Below, one piece after another: positions 10,143 to 23,034 of a stretch of DNA of 64,000 nucleotides (the stretch's first letter is position 1; each line of letters starts with the position of its first letter). The notes beneath the pieces were generated by a model. That model saw nothing but the letters and a program-made list of their open reading frames with translations. It had not been told where the DNA came from and did no database searches. The DNA lies in contig NZ_CABUOL010000012.1 in assembly GCF_902493215.1 (NCBI RefSeq), positions 5,527 to 69,526 of the forward strand, in the 5' to 3' direction. This stretch comes from an uncultured Mediterranea sp. (lineage in GTDB: Bacteria; Bacteroidota; Bacteroidia; Bacteroidales; Bacteroidaceae). The translations under genes and the position numbers were made by a program.

Positions 10143-11483
10143 ATGGGAAACCCGAAAGCATTTCTCACCATTCCGCGCCAGGAAGCGGGATACAGACCGA
10201 TACACGAACGCATAAACGATTATAGCGAAGTAGAACAGACACTGAATACCAGCGAACGCAAGCTGCAGGCCAGCCGCTGCATGGACTGTGGCGTCCCTTT
10301 CTGTCACTGGGCCTGCCCCTTGGGTAACCGCCCGCCCGAGTTTCAGGATGCTCTGTGCAAAGGCGAATGGCAGAAAGCCTACGACATCCTGAGCCGTACG
10401 AACGACTTTCCTGAATTTACGGGGCGTATCTGCCCTGCCCTGTGCGAGAAATCGTGCGTGCTGAAACTCTCGTTCGACGCCCCTGTCACCATCCGTGAAG
10501 ACGAGGCCGCCATCATCGAAGCTGCTTTCCGTGAAGGATATATCCAACCGAAGCAGTACGAACGCAACGGACGCCGCGTGGCCGTCATCGGTTCGGGACC
10601 AGCCGGACTGGCTGCCGCCAACCAACTGAACCGTCGTGGCTACGAGGTAACCGTTTTTGAACGGGACGAACAGGCTGGCGGTCTGTTACGTTACGGCATC
10701 CCCAACTTCAAACTGGGCAAGAACATCATCGACCGCCGCCTGCAGATTATGGAGGCCGAAGGCATAAAGTTCCAACTCAATACCTCCATTGATCTGGCCT
10801 GCCTGCCCGAAGGTTTCGATGCTTATGCTGTCTGCACCGGCACACCCCAGGCACGCGACCTCGCCATCCCCGGACGCGACCTCGCTGGTATCCACTTTGC
10901 CATGGAGATGCTGGCACAACAGAACCGCATCCTGGCCGGGCAGACATTCGACGCGAAAGAGCGCATCACAGCCCGCGGCAAGCACGTACTGGTCATCGGT
11001 GGTGGTGACACGGGCAGCGACTGCATCGGAACCTCGCACCGACAGGGCGCCCTGAGCGTGACACAAATCGAAATCATGCCCCAGCCACCCGTAGGACACA
11101 ATCCCGCTACCCCCTGGCCACAATGGCCCGTGGTACTGAAGACCAGCTCCAGCCACGAAGAAGGATGTACACGTCGCTGGAGCCTGAACTCCAACAAGTT
11201 TATCGGGAAAAACGGCCGTGTCACCGGCGTGGAGGTAGAAGAAGTGGAATGGCTGCCTGCACCCGACGGCGGACGCCCCCTGATGAGACCTACAGGGAAA
11301 AAGGAAATCATAAAGACGGACTTGGTACTGCTGGCCATGGGATTCCTCCGTCCACAGCTACCCGAGTTACCGAAGAACGCTGTCGTGGCAGGCGATGCAG
11401 CCACAGGTCCCAGCCTGGTAGTAAAGTGTATTGCTGCCGGAAGACGTGCCGCTCAAGACATCGACCGGATGCTGAGCCATTAA
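10143..11483 (+). CDS. gltD: Glutamate synthase small subunit
   Basis: RCMDCGVPFCHWACP Fe-S motif, GSGPAG, GGGDTGSDC; follows gltB. Confidence 0.97.
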   Translation: MGNPKAFLTIPRQEAGYRPIHERINDYSEVEQTLNTSERKLQASRCMDCGVPFCHWACPLGNRPPEFQDALCKGEWQKAYDILSRTNDFPEFTGRICPALCEKSCVLKLSFDAPVTIREDEAAIIEAAFREGYIQPKQYERNGRRVAVIGSGPAGLAAANQLNRRGYEVTVFERDEQAGGLLRYGIPNFKLGKNIIDRRLQIMEAEGIKFQLNTSIDLACLPEGFDAYAVCTGTPQARDLAIPGRDLAGIHFAMEMLAQQNRILAGQTFDAKERITARGKHVLVIGGGDTGSDCIGTSHRQGALSVTQIEIMPQPPVGHNPATPWPQWPVVLKTSSSHEEGCTRRWSLNSNKFIGKNGRVTGVEVEEVEWLPAPDGGRPLMRPTGKKEIIKTDLVLLAMGFLRPQLPELPKNAVVAGDAATGPSLVVKCIAAGRRAAQDIDRMLSH

Positions 11484-11516
11484 GTATTATAACAACCATT
11501 AAAATTTTCAGAAATT

Positions 11517-13211
11517 ATGTGTGGAATAGCTTGCATTTTCAATATCAAACAACAGACACCCGAACTGAGACAGAAAGCACTTACCATGGCGAAACGTATC
11601 CGACACCGTGGCCCCGACTGGAGCGGAATCTATTGCGGCGGATCGGCCATCCTGGCTCATGAGCGCCTGTCCATCGTCGATCCGCAAAGCGGCGGACAGC
11701 CCCTGTATTCACCCGACCGCAAGCAGGTTCTGGCCGTCAACGGTGAGATCTACAACCATCGAGACATCCGCAACGACTTTGACGGCGAATACCAGTTCCA
11801 GACGGGTAGCGACTGCGAGGTCATTCTTGCCCTCTACCGTCGTTATGGCACGGACTTCATCGAACGCCTGAGCGGCATCTTCGCCTTTGCTCTCTACGAC
11901 GAAGAACGCGATGAATTTCTCATTGCCCGCGACCCCATCGGCGTCATACCTCTTTATATAGGCCGTGATACCGACGGCACCGTCTATTGTGCCAGCGAAC
12001 TGAAAGCCCTTGAAGGACTGTGCAACGAATACGAACCTTTCCTTCCCGGCCATTATTATTGGAGCCGCGAAGGCGAGATGCGCCGCTGGTACAAACGCGA
12101 CTGGACGGAGTATGATGCCGTAAAAGACCGTTATACTTCACAATCCGCTGACAAAGCTTGGCGCACCCAGGTAGCCGACGTACGTTCCGCCCTTGAAGAT
12201 GCCGTACGACGCCAACTGATGAGCGACGTACCCTACGGTGTCCTGCTTTCAGGCGGACTGGACTCATCCGTCATCTCTGCCGTAGCCAAGCTCTACGCCG
12301 ACCGCCGTATCGAAACCAACGGACAGCAGGCTGCGTGGTGGCCGCAACTCCACTCGTTCGCCGTGGGCCTGAAGGGTGCGCCCGACCTGGAAAAAGCACG
12401 CCTCGTTGCCGAGCACATCGGCACCGTCCACCACGAAATACACTATACCATCCAAGAAGGTCTGGACGCCATCCGTGACGTCATCTACTACATCGAGACC
12501 TACGATGTCACTACAGTACGTGCTTCTACGCCGATGTATCTGCTGGCCCGCGTCATCAAGTCGATGGGCATCAAGATGGTACTCAGCGGCGAGGGAGCTG
12601 ACGAAGTGTTTGGCGGTTACCTTTATTTCCACAAAGCTCCCAATGCACAGGCTTTCCACGAGGAGACCGTCCGCAAGCTTTCCAAGCTCCACCTCTACGA
12701 CTGCCTGCGAGCCAACAAAAGCCTCTCGGCCTGGGGTGTTGAAGGCCGCGTACCCTTCCTCGACAAGGAATTTCTTGACGTGGCCATGCGCCTGAACCCG
12801 GCGGCCAAAATGTGTCCCGGCCATACCATCGAGAAGAAAATTGTCCGTGAAGCCTTTGCCGAACTGCTGCCCCAAGCCGTGGTCTGGCGGCAAAAAGAAC
12901 AGTTTTCTGATGGTGTAGGCTATTCGTGGATTGACACGTTGAAAGCTTTAACTTCTGCAGCTGTCAGTGATGAACAGATGGCTCATGCTTCCGAGCGTTT
13001 CCCCATCAACCCGCCACAGAACAAAGAAGAATATTATTATCGTAGTATCTTCGAAGAGCATTTTCCCAGCGAATCGGCTGCACGGAGTGTGCCCAGTGTA
13101 CCCAGTGTGGCCTGCTCCACCGCCGAAGCCTTGGCCTGGGACGCCTCGTTCCGCAACCTGAACGACCCCAGCGGCCGTGCCGTAGCCGGCATACACGAAG
13201 CCGCATACTGA
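11517..13211 (+). CDS. asnB: Asparagine synthetase B (glutamine-hydrolysing)
   Basis: MCGI N-terminus, RHRGPD, NGEIYNH, LLSGGLDSS, SGEGADE. Confidence 0.97.
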   Translation: MCGIACIFNIKQQTPELRQKALTMAKRIRHRGPDWSGIYCGGSAILAHERLSIVDPQSGGQPLYSPDRKQVLAVNGEIYNHRDIRNDFDGEYQFQTGSDCEVILALYRRYGTDFIERLSGIFAFALYDEERDEFLIARDPIGVIPLYIGRDTDGTVYCASELKALEGLCNEYEPFLPGHYYWSREGEMRRWYKRDWTEYDAVKDRYTSQSADKAWRTQVADVRSALEDAVRRQLMSDVPYGVLLSGGLDSSVISAVAKLYADRRIETNGQQAAWWPQLHSFAVGLKGAPDLEKARLVAEHIGTVHHEIHYTIQEGLDAIRDVIYYIETYDVTTVRASTPMYLLARVIKSMGIKMVLSGEGADEVFGGYLYFHKAPNAQAFHEETVRKLSKLHLYDCLRANKSLSAWGVEGRVPFLDKEFLDVAMRLNPAAKMCPGHTIEKKIVREAFAELLPQAVVWRQKEQFSDGVGYSWIDTLKALTSAAVSDEQMAHASERFPINPPQNKEEYYYRSIFEEHFPSESAARSVPSVPSVACSTAEALAWDASFRNLNDPSGRAVAGIHEAAY

Positions 13212-13250
13212 CAAATACGACACTTTTTTTCTATCTCTAATTTAAAGGTC

Positions 13251-13301
13251 AAGGCGCACGACCGTCCTCAGAACTTAAAGGACAGTCGATGCGCCTTATT
13301 T
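13251..13301 (+). terminator. Probable intrinsic terminator after asnB
   Basis: aaggcgca...tgcgcctt long hairpin followed by a T-rich tract. Confidence 0.55.
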
Positions 13302-13435
13302 CATTTTATCACATTAAGCGAATAAAATATTTCAGATTAAAACAAACAGGCCGTATATCGATTATAAAAACAAAGCAAACAAGAATAATTCTAGAAAAAG
13401 GGAAGCAAAAACAATGCTAATTTCTCAAATTGTCA

Positions 13436-13443
13436 TACATTTG
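13436..13443 (+). promoter_or_regulatory. -7 promoter element for dapF-dapL-glnA
   Basis: TACATTTG about 50 nt upstream of dapF. Confidence 0.55.
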
Positions 13444-13492
13444 CATCAAATAAAAACAAAAAGAAACACATAAAACAAATAATTAAAGCAAA

Positions 13493-14299
13493 ATGGCAAC
13501 AATCAGATTTTCTAAAATGCATGGTGCAGGAAACGACTACATCTATGTAGACAGCCGGAAATATCCTATAGAAAATCCGGAAGAGCTGGCCAGAAAATGG
13601 AGCTGCCCGCATACGGGCATCGGCAGTGACGGCCTGGTACTGATTGGCCGTTCAGAAAAAGCCGATTTCAGCATGCGTATTTTCAACGCCGACGGTTCTG
13701 AAGCCCGCATGTGCGGCAATGCCTCGCGCTGCATCGGCAAATACGTCTACGAAACTGGGCTTACGTCGAAAACAGAGGTTACGCTGGAAACACTTTCCGG
13801 TATCAAAGTGTTACAGTTACATCTGACAGACGACAAACTGGTCGGAAGCGTTACAGTCGACATGGGACCGGCTTCAGACATCCACACCGTGGAGCTGGGC
13901 GAAGGTTACAATCCCCAAGAAGGAATCGCGGTATCCATGGGCAACCCGCACCTCGTGCTCTTCACAGACAATCTTTCGCAGCACGAGATTACGACGACAG
14001 GCCCCCTACTGGAATGCCACCCCCTCTTCCCCGACCGCGTAAATGTAGAGTTTGCCCAGATACGTTCCGACGGCAGCATCCGCATGCGGGTATGGGAACG
14101 CGGTTCGGGCGTCACGCTGGCCTGCGGAACGGGAGCCTGCGCCACAGCCGTAGCAGCCGCCTTCAGCGGACGAACGCGTGGAAAAACGACCGTTGAGATG
14201 GACGGGGGCAGCCTGACTGTCGAACAAGACCCTACCACAGGACATGTGCTGATGACAGGACCTGCGGTGCACGTATTCGACGGTGAAATAGAGTATTGA
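13493..14299 (+). CDS. dapF: Diaminopimelate epimerase
   Basis: [38 protein letters not shown]. Confidence 0.96.
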   Translation: MATIRFSKMHGAGNDYIYVDSRKYPIENPEELARKWSCPHTGIGSDGLVLIGRSEKADFSMRIFNADGSEARMCGNASRCIGKYVYETGLTSKTEVTLETLSGIKVLQLHLTDDKLVGSVTVDMGPASDIHTVELGEGYNPQEGIAVSMGNPHLVLFTDNLSQHEITTTGPLLECHPLFPDRVNVEFAQIRSDGSIRMRVWERGSGVTLACGTGACATAVAAAFSGRTRGKTTVEMDGGSLTVEQDPTTGHVLMTGPAVHVFDGEIEY

Positions 14300-14331
14300 C
14301 AAATTATCCAACTTAAAACAAAGATAAAGAT

Positions 14332-15564
14332 ATGGCACTTGTAAACGAACATTTCCTGAAACTTCCGGGCAGTTATCTGTTCTCGGACATCGCCAAGAAA
14401 ATCAACACGTTCAAGATTACACATCCCAAGCAGGACATCATCCGGCTGGGCATCGGCGACGTCACCCGCCCCTTGCCACCCGCCTGCATCGAGGCCATGC
14501 ACAAGGCTGTGAATGAGATGGCAGACGAAAGCACGTTCCATGGCTACGGCCCCGAACAGGGATACGACTTCCTCATCGAAGCCATCCTGAAGAACGACTT
14601 CGCCCCACGGGGCGTACACCTTTCGCCATCGGAAATCTTCATCAACGACGGTGCCAAAAGCGATACGGGAAACATCGGCGAACTGCTGCGCTGGGACAAC
14701 AGCATGGGCATCACCGACCCAGTCTATCCCGTCTACGTAGACAGCAACATCATGTGTGGACGTTCGGGCGTGCTGGGCGAAGACGGCGCATGGAGCAATG
14801 TCACCTACTTGCCCTGTACGGAGGAAAACGGCTTCGTACCTGAACTGCCCAAACACCGCATCGACCTGCTCTACCTGTGCTATCCCAACAACCCCACCGG
14901 TACGACCCTGACCAAGACCGAACTGAAGAAATGGGTGGACTACGCACTGGACAACGACACGCTCATCGTCTTCGACGCGGCCTACGAGGCCTACATCCGC
15001 GAAGACGACGTACCCCACTCCATCTACGAAGTGAAGGGGGCCAAGAAGTGCGCCATCGAGATACGCAGTTTCTCGAAAACGGCAGGTTTCACCGGCCTGC
15101 GGTGCGGCTACACCGTGGTGCCCAAAGAGCTGACCGCCGCCACCCTGACCGGCGACCGCGTAGCCTTGAACAAGCTGTGGCTACGCCGCCAGTGCACCAA
15201 GTTCAACGGCACCAGCTACGTCACCCAGCGTGCCGCCGAAGCCATCTATACGCCGGAGGGAAAGCAGCAAGTGAAGGCCAACATCGACTACTACATGCAG
15301 AACGCCGCTACCATGAAAGCGGGACTGGAAGCTGCAGGCCTGAAGGTCTACGGCGGAGTGAACGCTCCCTATCTCTGGCTGAAGACTCCCGACGGTGTCG
15401 GTTCATGGCGTTTCTTTGAGCAGATGCTCTACGAAGCCAACGTGGTAGGCACACCCGGCGTAGGCTTCGGCCCCAGCGGCGAAGGCTTCATCCGCCTCAC
15501 CGCCTTCGGCCGCCACGAAGACTGCCAGGAAGCCATGCGGCGCATCCGCAAATGGTTGGCCTGA
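14332..15564 (+). CDS. dapL: LL-diaminopimelate aminotransferase
   Basis: [40 protein letters not shown](L)RCG. Confidence 0.96.
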   Translation: MALVNEHFLKLPGSYLFSDIAKKINTFKITHPKQDIIRLGIGDVTRPLPPACIEAMHKAVNEMADESTFHGYGPEQGYDFLIEAILKNDFAPRGVHLSPSEIFINDGAKSDTGNIGELLRWDNSMGITDPVYPVYVDSNIMCGRSGVLGEDGAWSNVTYLPCTEENGFVPELPKHRIDLLYLCYPNNPTGTTLTKTELKKWVDYALDNDTLIVFDAAYEAYIREDDVPHSIYEVKGAKKCAIEIRSFSKTAGFTGLRCGYTVVPKELTAATLTGDRVALNKLWLRRQCTKFNGTSYVTQRAAEAIYTPEGKQQVKANIDYYMQNAATMKAGLEAAGLKVYGGVNAPYLWLKTPDGVGSWRFFEQMLYEANVVGTPGVGFGPSGEGFIRLTAFGRHEDCQEAMRRIRKWLA

Positions 15565-15580
15565 ACGGAAGCCATGCCCC

Positions 15581-15695
15581 CCGAACACAGAAGAAGTTCT
15601 TCTCTGTCCGCAGAAGAAGTTCTTCTCCGAACGCAGAAGACACCCTTCTCCGAACGCAGAAGACATTCTTCTCCGAACGCAGAAGACGGTCTTCT
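15581..15695. repeat. Five tandem 23-bp palindromic units (ccgaacgcAGAAGAnnnTCTTCT)
   Basis: Units start at 15581, 15604, 15627, 15650, 15673. Confidence 0.92.
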
Positions 15696-15748
15696 CCAAA
15701 ATGTGGAAAATTACAGACACAGTTATCAACCAACAAATACAACACATT

Positions 15749-17938
<2,190 letters not shown>

Positions 17939-17977
17939 ATTAGTTGATTTTCTTTATTAGTTGTTTTAAGTTTATGC

Positions 17978-18019
17978 AGGGGAAGACATCCGCGAGGACT
18001 TTCTTCCCCTTTCATTTTT
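17978..18019 (+). terminator. Intrinsic terminator after glnA
   Basis: agggggaaga...tcttcccct hairpin followed by ttcattttt. Confidence 0.7.
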
Positions 18020-18131
18020 CGTTAATAAGACCAAAATATCGGCTCATCATACTACCCGGTATTGCACAATTCCATTATATTCTCCATATTTGTAACGATT
18101 ACAAATAAGTATTATTTTAAAAAGTCAAAAC

Positions 18132-18542
18132 ATGAAAAAGCTTATCGGATTTTTATTGGTATGGCTGTGCGCATCAGCCGCCGTAGCACAAAACAAAAGT
18201 TTTCAACTCTCCAGCCACATTTTGGACATCAATCTCGGAAAACCTGCATCCGGAGTGAAAATCAGTCTGTCCCGACTCCAGGCTGACCAACAGAACTGGA
18301 TGACCATCGAAGAGAAGGTGACCGATGAAAACGGTAGAATCAAGGATTTCCTGGAGGAAAACGGAACCGACCACCGGGGGGTCTATAAGCTGACCTATCA
18401 CGTCGCTTCCTATTTCAAGTCACAAGGCCAGGAAACTTTCTATCCCTTCATTGAAGTGGTGTTTGAAATCAGGGACGACAAACATTATCATGTCCCCATT
18501 ACGCTTTCTCCCTATGGCTACTCCACCTATCGGGGTAACTGA
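18132..18542 (+). CDS. uraH: Transthyretin-like 5-hydroxyisourate hydrolase family protein, exported
   Basis: Signal peptide, HILD..GKPA, TDENGR, HYHVPITLSPYGYSTYRGN. Confidence 0.88.
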   Translation: MKKLIGFLLVWLCASAAVAQNKSFQLSSHILDINLGKPASGVKISLSRLQADQQNWMTIEEKVTDENGRIKDFLEENGTDHRGVYKLTYHVASYFKSQGQETFYPFIEVVFEIRDDKHYHVPITLSPYGYSTYRGN

Positions 18543-18594
18543 AAGGGCCAAACAAAAAAAGTTGGCGGATAAAGCCTAAATCGAAAATAATTCC

Positions 18595-18602
18595 TACCTT
18601 TG
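18595..18602 (+). promoter_or_regulatory. -7 promoter element upstream of the riboswitch
   Basis: TACCTTTG immediately before the riboswitch. Confidence 0.65.
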
Positions 18603-18609
18603 CCGCCAC

Positions 18610-18808
18610 GATTTCGGTTTCGCTGCCTCTATCGCTTCGGAGCGTACGATGAAAAGGGAATCAGGTGAAACTCCTGAACAGACCCGCTGCTGTAAGTCCT
18701 CCCTCCCGGGAAGTCTTTGGAAAGACCCGAGCCACTGTTCTACTCACAATATTAGAGGGAATGGGAAGGCATCCAAAGATGGGACAAGTCAGAAGACCTG
18801 CCAAAGTC
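18610..18808 (+). promoter_or_regulatory. Cobalamin (AdoCbl) riboswitch
   Basis: AAAAGGGAATCAGGTGAAACTCCTGAACAG-CCCGCTGCTGTAA, GCCACTG, GGGAAGGC and B12-box AAGTCAGAAGACCTGCC, upstream of a TonB receptor. Confidence 0.93.
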
Positions 18809-18955
18809 GACAAACGTTTTAACGCTTTCGGGGAATAAAGCGGTGAAACATAGAGCCGGAAGTCCTGCCGCCTGATAGCCTGCGGGACAACCGTTTCTCC
18901 ATGTCCACATTTTACTGCTGTTTCCCGGCCATTTTTATTTGGAAGTTATAAAAAA

Positions 18956-21343
18956 ATGAAAAGAGGAGAAACAGTACACTATTCCTATGTCAGACTGCTC
19001 ACGATATGGCTTTGTCTCTTGACGGGTACAACCTACTTGATGGGACAACAGAAAGTCCGTCTTTCCGGGCAGGTGACCGATATCCAGGGCCGTCCCATCG
19101 AACAGGCCACCATAGCCATCGAAAACACGTCGACAGGCTGTTACAGCCAAGCCGACGGACGTTATGAACTTGCCGTGATGCCGGGCGAGCAGACGGTGGT
19201 CGTCTCGTTCATCGGGTACGAGACACAAAAAACGTCTCTGAAAATCACAAGTTCCACAACACTGGACTTCCAGCTGAAAGAAAACAATGTAGGCCTGGGA
19301 GCTGTGGAAATATACGGCAAAAGTCAGACACAGAAACTGAAGGAAAGTGCTTTTACCGTCAATGCTCTTGATGTAAAAACAATGGCATCATCCCTGAGCA
19401 ACCTGAACGACCTGGTAAACCGTACGACTGGCATCAAGGTACGCGAAGAAGGCGGTGTGGGTTCAGACTTCGACCTGTCCATCAACGGCCTTTCGGGCAA
19501 CTCCGTCCGCTACTTTCTGGACGGCATGCCTTTGAGCAGCAAAGGCAGTGATGTAACTCTGGCCAACCTGCCCGTAAACATCATCGACCGCATCGAGATC
19601 TATAAAGGAGTAGTTCCTGCCCATCTGGGAACAGATGCTTTGGGCGGTGCCGTCAATATCATCACCAAGCAAGAACAGAAAAATTACCTGGACGCCTCTT
19701 ACGGCATAGGTTCTTTCCACACACACAAAGCCGACCTGAACGCACAGTTTGTAGAGCGACGGACGGGACTCATCATCCGCCCCACCATCGGAATCAGCTA
19801 TTCAAAAAACGACTATAAGATGAAAGACGTCGAAGTGTGGGACGACGAGCAGGACCAATATATTTATGCCGACCGCAAACGCTTTCACGACGACTACTTC
19901 TCGCTACTCGGACAAGTGGAAATCGGCTTTGCCAACAAGTCATGGGCAGATGCATTCTTTGTCTCGGGTTCCTATTCGAAAGTCGACAAAGAACTTCAGA
20001 CGGGTTCGGTACAGACCGTCGTCTATGGAATGGCCGAACGGCAGACCGATGCCTGGAATCTGTCGGCACGCTACCGGAAACGGAATTTTCTGGTCGAAGG
20101 ACTTCAGATGAACGCCTCCCTCTCGCATACCTGGGACCACTCGCTGACGGTCGATACCGCCTACCGCAAATACAACTGGAACGGCGACTACATTGCAAGC
20201 TCCCGTAATGAAATCACCGGAAACAAACGTTCCATGCGCTACTACAAACGCCCCATGACGCTGGTCCATGCCAACACCGACTATGCTCTGAACAACCATC
20301 ACAGCCTCAATCTGGACTATTCAATGAACCGGACGGGCAACAATCGATATGACGACCTTGATACCGACTTCGAACCGTCGAACGACGTGCTGACAAAGCA
20401 CATCATCGGTTTCTCCTACCATCAGTCCTTTTTCAACGACCGCTGGAACACGACCTTCTTTGTCAAAGACTATGTGAACCATGCCGACATCCGACAGACT
20501 GATTCGGGAGCCACGACAGGCTCCAACAACGTACATGGTTCCATCACCAAAAACTACCTGGGCTACGGAGCCGGTACCCGCTTCATCTTTACAGAACCCT
20601 TTGCCCTGAAAGCCTCTTTCGAGCACAGTGTACGCCTGCCTATAGCCCGCGAGCTACTGGGCAATGGTTCTACGGTCTACGCCAACGTAGCACTGGAACC
20701 GGAGCAAAGCGACAATGTCAATCTTGGCTTTTTCGGTACCTGGCATCCGGCTGCCGGACACACACTCTATTATGAAGCCAACGGATTTCTGCGCAACGTG
20801 GACAACTTCATCCAAGTACAAGTCATCGAAAAGGAAGGCATGCTGCAATATCAGAACGTGCCAGCCGTACACATCAAAGGTGCCGAAGGAGAGCTCCGCT
20901 ACACCTGGCAGAACAAGCTCCAACTCTCGGGCAACCTCAGCTATCAGGACGCACGCGACCAGCAGCAATATAAGACCGACGGCAAGCCCTCGGCCACCTA
21001 TGACAACCGCCTGCCCAACCGCCCCTGGCTGTTCGGCGGTGCCGAAGCAAGCTATACGTTCCATAATGTAGGGATGCCCGACAGCCGTCTGCGTCTGAAT
21101 TTCAACTATCAATGGGTACATTGGTACTTCCTGACATGGGAAGCCTATGGTTCCTACGAGAACAAATCGCGCATCCCCACGCAGCACATCTGCAATGCCG
21201 GCGCATCCTATTCCTGGAAGAACGACCGCTACAGCCTTTCATTGGAATGTAGCAACCTGTTGGACTATACCGCCTATGACAACTACAAGTTGCAGAAACC
21301 GGGAAGAGCGTTTTTTGCCAAATTCCGACTTTTTATCAATTAA
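18956..21343 (+). CDS. TonB-dependent receptor, probable corrinoid/cobalt transporter
   Basis: N-terminal CarboxypepD-like domain, plug (IDRIEIYKG...LGGAVNIIT), barrel C-terminus PGRAFFAKFRLFIN; under the B12 riboswitch. Confidence 0.85.
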   Translation: MKRGETVHYSYVRLLTIWLCLLTGTTYLMGQQKVRLSGQVTDIQGRPIEQATIAIENTSTGCYSQADGRYELAVMPGEQTVVVSFIGYETQKTSLKITSSTTLDFQLKENNVGLGAVEIYGKSQTQKLKESAFTVNALDVKTMASSLSNLNDLVNRTTGIKVREEGGVGSDFDLSINGLSGNSVRYFLDGMPLSSKGSDVTLANLPVNIIDRIEIYKGVVPAHLGTDALGGAVNIITKQEQKNYLDASYGIGSFHTHKADLNAQFVERRTGLIIRPTIGISYSKNDYKMKDVEVWDDEQDQYIYADRKRFHDDYFSLLGQVEIGFANKSWADAFFVSGSYSKVDKELQTGSVQTVVYGMAERQTDAWNLSARYRKRNFLVEGLQMNASLSHTWDHSLTVDTAYRKYNWNGDYIASSRNEITGNKRSMRYYKRPMTLVHANTDYALNNHHSLNLDYSMNRTGNNRYDDLDTDFEPSNDVLTKHIIGFSYHQSFFNDRWNTTFFVKDYVNHADIRQTDSGATTGSNNVHGSITKNYLGYGAGTRFIFTEPFALKASFEHSVRLPIARELLGNGSTVYANVALEPEQSDNVNLGFFGTWHPAAGHTLYYEANGFLRNVDNFIQVQVIEKEGMLQYQNVPAVHIKGAEGELRYTWQNKLQLSGNLSYQDARDQQQYKTDGKPSATYDNRLPNRPWLFGGAEASYTFHNVGMPDSRLRLNFNYQWVHWYFLTWEAYGSYENKSRIPTQHICNAGASYSWKNDRYSLSLECSNLLDYTAYDNYKLQKPGRAFFAKFRLFIN

Positions 21344-21367
21344 CCCTAACTATAATTTTTTATCAAC

Positions 21368-22687
21368 ATGAGAAAATTCAAACATTTCCTGAGTACAGGT
21401 ATGGCTATCCTGATGGCCGCGTCTTTTACCGCATGCTCCGACGACTCCAACGGAGACAAGGGAGGGAACTCCGGTAACAACAACCTTGATTATCATTTCG
21501 ACCTCTTCATGAGTGTAGGCAAACATGGCGGTATGAGCCAAGGCGACGGAACCATCGTACGAAGCGTGTCCGACCTGAGTGCAACAGCAGACAAAATATC
21601 CATTGAAGGCATCGGATCGGAATTCGAATCGGACGGAAACACCTATACCATGGAAGCCATTGTCAAAGGGAAGTATTATTACGAAGTGCCCTACCAGCCA
21701 GCCGACCGTTTTGTAAAACTGGAAGTGAACTACGACCCGAAGACCGGCAAAAATGCCCTCAACGTCGTGGCACAACGGCCCTTTGCCGAAGGATACACTT
21801 TCAAGGCCCGTTCGTACACACACGCCTGGCTCGATGACAAGACACTGATTGTCATGGCAGCCAACGGCGATGCCGACCAAATCATTTGGACGAAACTCAA
21901 TGCAGACGACATGAAAATAATCGACAGTGGCACACTGAGCGAAATTACTGCGCCCAATGGATATCCGGTACTCACTACCTCCGGCATCCTGACCTATCGT
22001 CAAAGCGACCAGAAGCTCTACTACTTCTATTTTGCCAAAACATCGAAACGCAACGGAAAAGCCACTCCCTACTTCTATACGGCTGTCATCAACCCCACAA
22101 CCATGAAAGTGGAAAGCAACGAGCCCAACAACATTGCCCAGCAAATGGCCGGAAGCGCCTATGGCGAACTGATGCAGAATTGTGTCATGTACGACGAGAA
22201 CGACAACCTCTACCTCGCCACCTTCACGCCCGATGAGAACGAGAAAGAAATCGGCCACCTGCTCCGAATCAAGAAAGGTGAAACCCAGTTCGACTCCAGC
22301 TACGACGGCTATCCCAATGCCGACGGCAAGCTGCTGACCCTCCAATATCTGGGTAACGGCAAGGCATTGGCCTACGCCCGCAACGATGCCGGTGACCCGC
22401 AGGATGGTACACTCAACATCGACTCCTACTGCCACTACTATACCATTATCAACCTGGCCGACGGAAGCCGCGAACGCCTGAAATACAACGGTACTGAAAT
22501 TCCTTATAGCGCAGGCCGCTTCTCACAACGCACAGCCGTTGTCAACGGGAAAGCCTATATCGGAGTCAATACCCGCGAAGAATCCGGCATCTATATCTAT
22601 GACATCGCAACCGGTAAAGTGGAAAAAGGAGCTGAAGTAGACAGTGGGTTCTATTTTGACATCCTTCGCGTTATGAATAATCAATGA
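21368..22687 (+). CDS. Surface lipoprotein partner of the receptor (DUF4374-like beta-propeller)
   Basis: Lipobox FTAC followed by SDD export signal; co-transcribed with the receptor. Family call from recall only. Confidence 0.6.
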   Translation: MRKFKHFLSTGMAILMAASFTACSDDSNGDKGGNSGNNNLDYHFDLFMSVGKHGGMSQGDGTIVRSVSDLSATADKISIEGIGSEFESDGNTYTMEAIVKGKYYYEVPYQPADRFVKLEVNYDPKTGKNALNVVAQRPFAEGYTFKARSYTHAWLDDKTLIVMAANGDADQIIWTKLNADDMKIIDSGTLSEITAPNGYPVLTTSGILTYRQSDQKLYYFYFAKTSKRNGKATPYFYTAVINPTTMKVESNEPNNIAQQMAGSAYGELMQNCVMYDENDNLYLATFTPDENEKEIGHLLRIKKGETQFDSSYDGYPNADGKLLTLQYLGNGKALAYARNDAGDPQDGTLNIDSYCHYYTIINLADGSRERLKYNGTEIPYSAGRFSQRTAVVNGKAYIGVNTREESGIYIYDIATGKVEKGAEVDSGFYFDILRVMNNQ

Positions 22688-22771
22688 CATCCGACGGCAA
22701 AATCAAAATCAAATCAGTGAAACAAAGGACAGACGGACAGAAGAAAAAGTTTCAAAAGTTGCATTGACAAC

Positions 22772-22877
22772 GAAACTAGTAGTTTCAAACCTGTTCCGTT
22801 TCTTGAAACCATCGGTTTCATTAAAGGAAACCACCGGTTTCATTCAATGAAACTAGTGGTTTCATCCTATGAAACTA
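22772..22877. repeat. 22-bp-period palindromic units GAAAC-N5-GTTTCA
   Basis: GAAAC at 22772, 22805, 22827, 22849, 22871. Confidence 0.85.
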
Positions 22878-23034
22878 TTTTGATGCCTGTGAGAGGAAAA
22901 TCTGAATCCAGAGCAGAATAACCGTAATATGGTTACAAAAAAACTGCATTTGTCTACATATCGTCCCGCTGTCTTTGCCTACCTTTGCACATACGTTTGA
23001 ATAAAAGACTATAGAACATAAAAATTTACATTTC

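Noticed and set aside
5160..13365. Similar AAACAGGC.G.ATAT words upstream of gltB/purF (5163) and dapF (13343) as a nitrogen-regulon site
   Set aside because: Only two short, non-palindromic instances in AT-rich DNA; insufficient support.
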